Assembly (NCBI GenBank): GCA_030141605.1
Contig: JAQGDQ010002195.1
Span: forward strand, 1 to 9,638
DNA: 9,638 bases
Origin: Tubiluchus corallicola
Taxonomy: Eukaryota; Animalia; Priapulida
Direction: 5' to 3'
Below, one piece after another: positions 1-7,951 of this stretch. The position numbers were made by a program, and so were the translations under genes. Position 1 is the first letter of the stretch. The number at the start of each line of letters is the position of its first letter. Under the pieces are notes generated by a model. It was not told the DNA's origin. It saw only the letters and a program-made list of their open reading frames with translations, and did no database searches.

Positions 1-239
1 GCAATGATGATGATATGGTATAAAACAACATAACATAGAATTAGTAAATCGTAATTCAAATTTTAGTATAAATGAACATCTGACATACGAATATTGAAAA
101 ACGAAAAATATAAATATTTATATTAAAAAGACTTTGTCTTTATTAAAAAATGATTTGCAAGTATTCAGAATTGCTTTATTGGTATTCAATGATAAACGTT
201 AAATGTGCAAAGCATAATCGTTCATAGCTCGGCAATTAG

Positions 240-859
240 TCTTTAGCCGACTAAGAGGTTTTAATATTAGAATAACGAACAAGTGAGGTAAACCAAAGTC
301 TGTGGCAAGTTGGCATAGATATATGAGGGCACTAAGGTTAAAAAGTGGCTTTTCACTATTGTACTATATTATCTATGCTTGGTTTCTCAAGTCTTGTGAA
401 AATTTTCATAATAGCCTGACGATTTTCACAGTTTTATTCTAAGACATCCACATTGTTGATCCTGTAAAATTTTATCTTCATTAGCTTCTAGCTTTAGTCA
501 CCTGTACAGTTTTCTCTATATTACTAATTGAAAAATGTCCATTAATACGAAATTTCCTCAACAGATCATTAGAAAAATCTCTTTGCAAAAGTGTTGGCGG
601 AATTGGAGGTTTTCAGAACTTCTCAGTTATGAAAGCAAACACATGGTGCTGCCAGAAACAAAGTAAATTCCAGAATTCTAACTACATAAAAGACCATGGT
701 GGTAATAAGCATGAGTAAAACTTTTCAATAAAAGCAAGGCACGATTGCGTGACAAATAGAAAAAATATCATTACTAGTAAGAAAATTTTCTGCATCAATA
801 TAAAAATATGAACAAACATTCGTGGGGTAATTTTTTGCTCAACCATGGTCGGCTAAGGG
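240..859. mobile_element. Possible piggyBac-like non-autonomous DNA transposon (MITE), degenerate
   Basis: The right end reads GTCGGCTAAGGG|TTAA (848-863), i.e. TTAA|CCCTTAGCCGAC on the minus strand, the TTAA+CCC piggyBac terminal pattern. The left end TTAG|TCTTTAGCCGAC (236-251) matches it at 10/12 positions, with an imperfect TTAA target. The interior is AT-rich with no ORF. Confidence 0.4.
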
Positions 860-969
860 TTAAATATGTTGCATTTATATGACTTTGTTACCACGTTTGT
901 TACCCAACATATTTGAAAGCATGTTTGTTTTCAATAATGACAACAGATAGACAACATAATAAATTTCAC

Positions 970-1985
970 TTTCCGAATGTTCTGAAAGAAGAGTTTGGTG
1001 TCGGGAGGTGGCAATTTTTGTTGAGCGCATCCATCAACGCTATAGCATTCTTTTCTGTTATCTTGCTTGCGACACCTTGATTATAGAATGGCTGCAAGCA
1101 CGGTAACGTGTGGAGTCGGTGTTTAGGAGGCTATTGATGCTGGTTATGGTGAGGTAGTGGCATTGGACATAATCTGCCTGTGAGAAGCACAGAGGGTTAT
1201 ACAGTAAAATGTTAATAAATTGGCGACCAGCAGTGGCTACTCTGAACGGAGTATTGTATAGACATCTAACCCGCTTCTTTTTGCATCTTAATCTGAATAG
1301 TAGAAAATGTTTAGACAATAAACCGGGTTGGGCTTTTCGAAAATTTTGGCAGCGGGGATCATTCTAGCCGGAAACTCGATCCCATTCCAATTCAAATGGT
1401 GTGCAAAAGCGCCGTAAATACGCGAAAAGCGCCGAGACCAATTGATGTCTATACATTGCTCCTAAAATGGCATATCTGAAACAGCTGCCATCTTCCTCGC
1501 ATGCAATATTTAGTACCACTTTTTTCTCGGTTAACTCTTCAGTTAACTGGCAGAAGCTGGCGTGTCCTTTGAGCAGAGAATGATGTTCGTAACTCGCCAA
1601 CAGGACTTCGATGAACGGAAAGCATCGAGCATTACGTAGCCAGACCCATTCTGTGAATAAGCGTGTAAATTATCCACAATGGTGCTCTTGGCTTCGTAAT
1701 ACCAGTTGCCATCCAGAAAATCGTGAAAGCCAGAATTAAATGCAAATTCTTTTTTCTCTCGACACAGTCGTCTCGGTACCATCCTCCAACACGTGTTCTA
1801 TGGTAGAAGCCAAGACGACCTGAATCTTAAGGTCACGCCCATTTTCGAAATATACATCGCCCAACATTTCAATGGCAGCAGAAAAATCATCTAAAATTAA
1901 TTCAGCATCAATACCCGAGACCCGACTCCCCCAGACTTGTAACACTCTTCCATGAAAACTCTCCACTAGACGGAATTACTATCTA
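970..1985 (-). pseudogene. Decayed N-terminal region of a Maverick/Polinton-type protein-primed DNA polymerase B (GSG-motif region, OTU-like protease, degenerate Cys/Zn motif)
   Basis: Joining the four minus-strand ORFs across about 6 frameshifts gives a colinear motif series: FRLVESFHGRV...YSQNGSGYVM (GSGY 1647-1636)...KGHASFCQLTEELTEKKVVLNIACEEDGSCFRYAILGAMY...HLNWNGIEFP...KIFEKPNPVYCLNIFYY...FINILLY...CHYLTITSINSLL...KECY...KLPPPDTKLFFQNIRK. From memory this follows the family pattern GSGW...GxSYIxLP...KKAxINxxNxDxxCFxWA...LNFxGIxFP...FEKxN..INVF...NLLL...HYxxIKNxSRL...MP...LxFxN. In-frame stops are present and the polymerase core is absent. Confidence 0.75.
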
Positions 1986-2184
1986 CTGAAAAAGAACAAA
2001 TGAGCATTTTTAGAAATGTGAATGACGAACGACATGCACACGCATAGATATTTAACAAAAGTATGCGGTATGTTTACGTATTATTTATAATTTACTAAAT
2101 CTTCACGAAATGATAATTTTCCTCAAAACACCATAATCGTTTTGTCCAGTTTGAAGATGAAACATAAAAATTTTTATAGTAAAA

Positions 2185-3132
2185 TTCTAAAGATGTAGCA
2201 TAAGTAAATTCCCATAATGTTGTGCAGTAATTTAAATATGATGATATTAATCTGAAATGATAATGTTAGAAGATGTTCATGAAGTTCCTCATATATGTGA
2301 AAATACCTATATTTTTTGTTATTTTCAGTCTGATCATGCATATATGATGTCACCAGTCTAGATGTTCACTTAGGATTTATCCCAGAAATTTCAGTTCTTT
2401 TGCACGTGTAATATTTTTATGGGCTTTTATTATATCTCGGTTCGTCTGAATTGGTTTATTTCTTGATCTAAACAAAATGTATTTTGTTTTTGATAGATTT
2501 AGTGACAGTTTGTTTGTTTTGAACTATATTTTTGAACTGTATTTATGTAGTCAATGTTGTTTTGTAAATTAGGAAAGCTAAAAAAATTTGCTCGTGTCAT
2601 CAGCAAATTGAAATAAATTATGATTTTTAACACCAAATTTTATTATATTAATATAAATTAAGAAAAGTAGTGGCCCAAGGATTGAGCCTTGGGGCATGTC
2701 ACATTTGGTTAGTGCCACATCTGAAATAGTGTTATTATATTTTACTGTCTGAGTGTGCTCTGTTAAATAGTTTTTAGAATCATATGAGGCCACCCTCTTT
2801 TTCTTAATTTTCATAATTCTTTTTTATTAACTTATTGAACTAACTAACGACTAACTGAAAAAACCTTTTTCTAATATTTGTGATATAAATGCAAGGACAT
2901 TTATATAAATGGATATAAATAAAAGGACACTTTTCTATAATTGTTCAGAAGCATGGGATCATCTGGTTTAAACAAAGGGCAATAATGGAGTCTTTCAATT
3001 TTAGTGGTATTTTACTGGAAAGGAAAGAAAAATTAAATAAATATTGCAAAGGTTTAGAAATGTTGTCAATGGTGTCTATTACGACTTTAGATAACATTTT
3101 GTCGTAACCAGGACTGTGATAATCCGTTTTGC
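2185..3132 (-). mobile_element. Old CR1/L2-group LINE fragment (reverse transcriptase region, pseudogenised, internally deleted)
   Basis: Manual minus-strand translation gives SPGYDKMLSKVVIDTIDNISKPLQYLFN...LFKPDDPMLLNNYRKVS...ISQILEK, then NYLTEHTQTVKYN...MPQGSILGPLLFLIYIN...FADDT, FKTNKLSLNLSKTKYILF, KFLG*ILSEHLDW*HHI, KITKNIGI and YLNYCTTLW. These are canonical RT and post-RT motifs in the correct order, with stops and frameshifts. Confidence 0.9.
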
Positions 3133-3489
3133 CTAAAATGCTGTAAATGTTGTTGCATCAGGATGGCGAGATTATCACTATAACGCTGGTGCTAACACAC
3201 CATAAATACTTAAAGAAACAGCGGGCTTCATTTGATCTAAGGCTGTGGGTCCCTGGCGAGCTTCCTTAACGTGAGAATCTAACATTATCAGAACAGATAG
3301 ACAAACGACGAATTAGCTATAAACTCAATATTATATAACATCAGAAAAACACATTTGAGAAATAATTAACAAATATATACTACAAATTATAGTTTGGCTA
3401 CTGTCTTTAATTTTTACCCGGGATTTTTAAGTGTACCACAAACACCATAAACTGTATTTATCGTGAGTCTCTGTGCACACGTTGGCTAG

Positions 3490-3762
3490 CTAGCTTAACC
3501 TCATCACTGTCGCTGTCAACGGCGGCGTGTACTGGAACACTCTGACGGCAGGCTTCCCAAACGGTAACTTCAGGGTTAGACAATTAGGTGACATCAGGCG
3601 TGGCATTAACTCAATTAACTGAGGAATGCGCTGTATCAAGTCCGGCGTATCTGAAGACACTGACAGAAAGACCGACCACAGGCTGGTTCTCTGAGAACTA
3701 CCAATAGTCCATTTCACAACCTGGTCTCCTCCACCATAAACGACAAATTCTCTAGGGGCTTC
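3490..3762 (-). other. Unidentified exon-like or decayed coding block
   Basis: A GC-richer island that begins after TTATTTAG on the minus strand. One frame is open from 3762 to the stop at 3490 (EAPREFVVYGGGDQVVKWTIG...), and an alternative frame is also protein-like (FSENQPVVGL...NPEVTVWEACRQSVPVHAAVDSDSDE). No family recognised with confidence. Confidence 0.25.
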
Positions 3763-4012
3763 CTAAATAACGGACAGCCCAGGATCACAAAGGCTGAGTA
3801 TAACCATTGTAGAAGTACTCTGTTTCTGCCGAGGAAATTCCATTAATAAATGCAATATTGTCCTTTAAACTAAGAACTGATACAACTCAAGTAGAGCAAT
3901 CATATTGCAAAGTCACACTCTTCACACCCTCCTCGTTTTTCCAGGTAAACCTGTTTGCTCTCAGCTGAGTGGCTGCATATCATGTAAAGGTTGGTTTATC
4001 CCCTAAATCTGA

Positions 4013-4068
4013 CCAATCAAACAGGTTATAAAGAGTAGCAGCTGTGAATGTCCTATTTATCATCAGTC
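4013..4068 (+). promoter_or_regulatory. Candidate Pol II core promoter motifs (CCAAT, TATAAA, Inr-like TCAGTC)
   Basis: CCAAT at 4013-4017, TATAAA at 4027-4032 and TCAGTC at 4063-4068. Spacing is non-canonical (TATA about 38 nt before the Inr A) and no downstream gene is evident. Confidence 0.2.
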
Positions 4069-5196
4069 AGGATTGGTGGTCAAACTTGCCAAATAAGGAA
4101 GCACACCTGTCAAGTTCATGTCCCTGGTTTCTTCCTTTGATAAACAAAGTTGACAGTAGATGGCACTACTATACTAGCCCGAGAGGTAATAATTACACAG
4201 ATAAACAAAATAACTTGGCACTGCAAAATTAAACTCATTGGCACTACTCCGCTTAACTTAGCAAACTTAATTGTAGAAATTTAATTAGTACGATAAAATG
4301 AGAGCACTATTGTATAGGGCAGTCACAAGGACCGGATTAAACGATTTGCAAGTACTTACTGTATCATTTTTTAATGCACTAATAAAAAAGCTTTGTAGGT
4401 AAGTACCTTTAAGCTATATGCATGGATTTATGTTTGTCTTTTCAGTTTGATCTGATAATATATATCGAATATTGGCAAAGCAATTGCTAAAACTATTTGC
4501 CAGTTCTACATTACTTTTAATTAATTTATGATCAACGTAACGGGTCGATTATATCTTTCTTTGTGCATAATTTCCTTCATTATTTCTCAGCCTTTTTTAT
4601 ACTATTACTAACTATTATTAGCAATGGATTCAAAGTCTACATCTCTAGTTTACTTATAAGCATGTAATAGCTTGATCAGTGAATTTGAGATGAGATATAA
4701 ATGTGAATGTAAAGCAATATGACAAATGAACTAGTGATTAATTTATTTTTTTATGTAAAAATTCAAGAACATAGAACATCAGCTGTAAGTCAAAACTTAG
4801 AAAAAATGCAAATGACAATTGCCAAAACATGCCATTATTATAAGCAATTCTAGGTTTGTCATCTCATATCTAATGAAATTTACCCAAACAGAGAAACACG
4901 GTAAGAATTTCCATAGTAGCTGTTAGGCAAGTCAGATTTCACATTATCAGTAAAATTATAAAGGTTTTCAATCAATAAATTAATTCGAATATACAGTACA
5001 ATTCGAATAGTATTTACTCAGACAATTGACAATCAATTGACATTGACAATTATGGAAACTGCAATTAAATAGATAAATGTTCGCATTTTGATTTCCTTTT
5101 TGCCTCTGTTCATAATATCATTTCCTTATTATTGTAACCTACTCTGACTGTTGGGATTCATTTCTTTGCCATCTTGATGAAAATAGTCAAAGAAAA

Positions 5197-5333
5197 AGAT
5201 TTTGGGCTGACTTGTCACTCACCAGATTCTTTGGCTGACTTAGTTTTTCCACATTTTTAGCAGCTTATCACTCACCACATTTTAAGCTGCTTATCACTCA
5301 CCAATTTTTAGCTGCTTATCACTCACCACATTT
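5197..5333. repeat. Minisatellite, ~25-27 bp unit, ~5 copies
   Basis: Units: agattttgggctgacttgtcactcacc / agattctttggctgacttagtttttcc / acatttttagcagcttatcactcacc / acattttaagctgcttatcactcacc / aatttttagctgcttatcactcacc / acattt. Confidence 0.85.
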
Positions 5334-5561
5334 CCTTCTAACAGATTTCTTCGGTATTCATCTAGACAGTCAAGTTCCAATTTCCAGTCACTTTTCAGGC
5401 CATAAAACAAGTATGAGGAATGAAAGAGACGTCATTTGATAACCGCAATTGTATACAATTCTAGGACAACTGTTCCTCTAATCAGTAAAATACAAACTTC
5501 TACAGTTAACTACGAATTACTTGACAACACCTATATAATGTATAAGGTTAATTAACTTGGG

Positions 5562-6137
5562 GACTGGCCAATCTTACAAGTTCCTCCAATTGGCCAAGTC
5601 CTGTTCCTAGCATGACCGTTCTAAGCTTCAGAGGTTGGTATTCCAACGACGCAGATGTTCACTCTACACTGAGCAATAGATCTCCTACCTTCAGAGTTTC
5701 CTGCCTGAGAATCCACCCCGTCACCTTCCTGACATTGACCAGATTCAAGACAACAGCAGCGTCGATTCTTCGTGCACTGCCCTTTTGAACCTCTGATCAT
5801 GTGACACGACACACTCCATGGCTGGTCATCAGAGCATTCTGACTCCTTAGTGCTCTATTTATCTGACCACCTAAGCATCTCGACTTTTCCAGTGCCTTGA
5901 TACCTTTTACTATCATTGGGACAAGGTCCCATAATGTCACTGTTCCAAAATTCATAGCCCTACTTTCAGCCCTCATTAACGTTCACTAAATTACTTCGGA
6001 GCTGGTCGTCTCTTGTCACACAATGAGTTCAGACATCCGTGTTCTTAGTCATGAACAATGGGGTACCACCTTTTAACTAGCTAGGCTGCCCCGATAACTA
6101 ACTTTAAACTACCTCTTAAATTTCATATGCTGCCGAA
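5562..6137 (+). mobile_element. Highly decayed LINE (L2/CR1-like) reverse transcriptase remnant
   Basis: Colinear degenerate RT-like motifs across frames: DWPILQVPPI (~5562), LPDIDQIQ...SSCTALLNL (~5725-5793), LDFSSA[fs]DT (~5879-5904), MNNGVP (6051-6068) and YAAE in place of YADD (6126-6137). Confidence 0.45.
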
Positions 6138-6591
6138 TCAATATAGGCCATCCGCCACTTAAATTTCATGGAGGTCATTCTGTGGACATCTTAATTTGCT
6201 TATTACTTTATTCTCCATTATTAATCAGTTGTCCGAAGTGTTTTCATACGTACATTAAATTCAAGATATAAGCTGGGTGAGTCATTTTCTCTATACGAAA
6301 TAATCTTCGTTCAGATGCTAATTATTCATTAATTGATTTCAATTTTATTTTCCTAATAAATGATTTAACATTCTAAAATAAATTCATAACAATGACAATA
6401 CCGATATTTCATAACTTTAAGCTTTTGCACTTCAACACGACTCCTTATCAAGACAATACGTTCACCGTTAAGTACAAAAACTTGTACAAAAACGTCACGC
6501 TGTATTTGTTTTAGGTCAGTGACACACAGAGAATGTAAAAAAGGAGAAAGCCATAATCCGTAATCCAAATTCTGTAAGTCGCCTGTCTTAA

Positions 6592-6753
6592 TCTGTGCTG
6601 TGCGCATTTCTCTGTGTAACCAGCAAGGGTTTTGCAATAATCCGTTTTGGCGGGAGGCACAAGTCAGTCTTTGGATCATTCAAAATGTCGAAAATGCGTC
6701 AATCACTGGACCCGACTACATTAAGTATCGCTATGATACGAAAAAATGCGTAA
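6592..6753 (+). mobile_element. Possible hAT transposase C-terminal dimerisation-domain remnant
   Basis: A 53-codon frame ending ...KSVFGSFKMSKMRQSLDPTTLSIAMIRKNA* resembles the hAT C-terminal pattern ExxFS...KxRxxLxxxTLxxLM. No TIRs or other transposase parts were found. Confidence 0.22.
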
Positions 6754-7087
6754 ACGCATCTGTACAGCTCTGTCTGCCAGGGGCTTTGAGGTAAATGTCA
6801 AAAGTTGAGAACAGGTGTTATAAAGTTACAGTGCATCAATTATACTTTGCATAGTCCTCATTAGCTACAAATGAGTTGTGGTTGCACTTTTAAAATGTTT
6901 GTTTTACTAGCATGGATAGGCTCGAACATACTTGCCTGATCATTTATCTATAGTTTAATATGGTAGTTTGTTTATTTACATGCTGTCACATTTATAGGGC
7001 CACAGTTATAGTACATTAAATTTTGTGCAAATTGGGACAAAAACATCCTGACAATAAACTGCTGGTATCTTTTACAATAAGAATGTT

Positions 7088-7165
7088 ACTCTCAGTGGGA
7101 GGGGGGTACGCTCTCCAAATCTGCTGATATATAATATTAAATAACGTTGCTGGTTCGATTCCAGC
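7088..7165 (+). mobile_element. tRNA-derived SINE head or tRNA pseudogene remnant
   Basis: A perfect T-arm, GCTGG-TTCGATT-CCAGC (7149-7165), containing the B-box GGTTCGATTCC, and a partial A-box CTCAGTGG (7091-7098). The sequence between them does not fold as a cloverleaf. Confidence 0.4.
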
Positions 7166-7416
7166 TTCAGATATTTTTGCAGATGCGGTTGAATAACAAA
7201 TAACAGAATATCTTCCACACGAAAAACCTGTAAACAGTTATCATTATAATAATAATTACAGGCTACAACCCTTGTCATCACAGTCCCAAGTTTTGTTAAC
7301 AGGCCAAATACAAAAGTGTGAAATAAAAATGTTTTACAAATAAATTAGGATTGTCATATCAAGTAAATGACTAAAGACTTTGTTCACAGTTGTTCTAATT
7401 TAATCATCAGTAGCTT

Positions 7417-7581
7417 CTATTTCTTCTGTCCTGGGTCGTTTTCGTGTTGTGATTTATTGCTACCAATTGAAGCTGCAAATGACTCCAGTAAGGTGCTGTT
7501 GTAAATTTCTCTATGTCGAGCGTAATTCTCTAGTCTGGAAAGTTCCTTGGCAACACATTCCTTTGGTTCACACAACGGCAA
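7417..7581 (-). CDS. Candidate terminal coding exon of an unidentified spliced gene
   Basis: A good acceptor, TTTTATGTGTGTTTCAG (AG at 7583-7582), followed by a 54-codon open frame and TAG: LPLCEPKECVAKELSRLENYARHREIYNSTLLESFAASIGSNKSQHENDPGQKK*. No protein family recognised. Confidence 0.4.
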   Translation of the reverse strand: MPLCEPKECVAKELSRLENYARHREIYNSTLLESFAASIGSNKSQHENDPGQKK

Positions 7582-7663
7582 CTGAAACACACATAAAATT
7601 TGACTTTAAAAAGCTTTCGTAAAACTTTCTCCCCGAACTGTAAGTTTTGATAGCTGTAGTTTT

Positions 7664-7951
7664 GATCGTCCTGTGTTGGTCATTGTTGAAAATCATGACC
7701 AAAGGGACAATGTCGTGAAGAATGCTAATAAGCTTCAATCGTCTGCCAATGCTGCTGTGAAAAAAGTCAGAGTGAAGCGAGACACCCACCCTGCAGTTCG
7801 TGCCGAATGGAAGCGGCTATTTGACGCTGAGAAGTGCGAACGTGACAAACCTGAAAACTGGGGATGCCATATTGAGTTTGACAAGAAAAAGCGTGAGATC
7901 ACCCGGGACGGTGTTGTTATTGATAGTTGGCAACCAATGTCTTTTTTGTAA
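7664..7951 (+). CDS. LINE ORF1 protein, C-terminal fragment (RRM/CTD-like nucleic-acid chaperone)
   Basis: DRPVLVIVENHDQRDNVVKNANKLQ...KVRVKRDTHPAVRAEWKRL...ITRDGVVIDSWQPMSFL*. This is the RP-hydrophobic...A..L...V.xD....R pattern typical of LINE ORF1 C-termini, located directly upstream of the endonuclease. Confidence 0.8.
   Translation, partial: DRPVLVIVENHDQRDNVVKNANKLQSSANAAVKKVRVKRDTHPAVRAEWKRLFDAEKCERDKPENWGCHIEFDKKKREITRDGVVIDSWQPMSFL

Noticed and set aside
1-250. Possible 3' end of the minus-strand CR1/L2 element (KTNCRAM...FFNKDKVFLI*, AT-rich tail, short ATC repeat)
   Set aside because: The similarity is vague, overlaps the putative MITE end and can arise by chance in AT-rich DNA.
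1058-1966. Four separate small minus-strand ORFs in the track
   Set aside because: They are frameshifted pieces of one decayed gene, not independent proteins or an operon.
3180-3285. Short minus-strand frame LDSHVKEARQGPTALDQMKPAV... as the next exon after the 3490-3762 block
   Set aside because: Weak splice signals, early stops in the joined frames and no recognisable motif.
4044-4232. 62-aa plus-strand ORF after the TATA motif
   Set aside because: GTG start lying upstream of the Inr-like site and no recognisable domain; probably chance.
4326-4340. CAAGGACCGGATTAA resembling a hAT-MITE terminus
   Set aside because: No matching inverted partner or 8-bp TSD found in the window.
5021-5052. 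Short (GA)CAATTGA-like reiterations
   Set aside because: Too short and irregular; ordinary low-complexity slippage.
5197-5333. CRISPR-like array
   Set aside because: Head-to-tail repeats without unique spacers, eukaryotic context and no cas genes.
5561-5610. Hairpin GGACTGGCCAAT/ATTGGCCAAGTCC followed by CTAG, like a Helitron 3' end
   Set aside because: The loop is long (16 nt), CTAG is followed by C rather than T, and the region fits better as part of the decayed RT.
5621-5812. Cys-rich 63-aa minus-strand ORF; also BEL/Pao-like LKVGDLL and WPIG words in other frames
   Set aside because: Antisense to the RT-like motif series, with no supporting integrase or LTR features.
6365-6794. ORFs 6365-6679 (-) and 6600-6794 (+)
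   Set aside because: No recognisable domain, mutually overlapping, and not supportable as genes.
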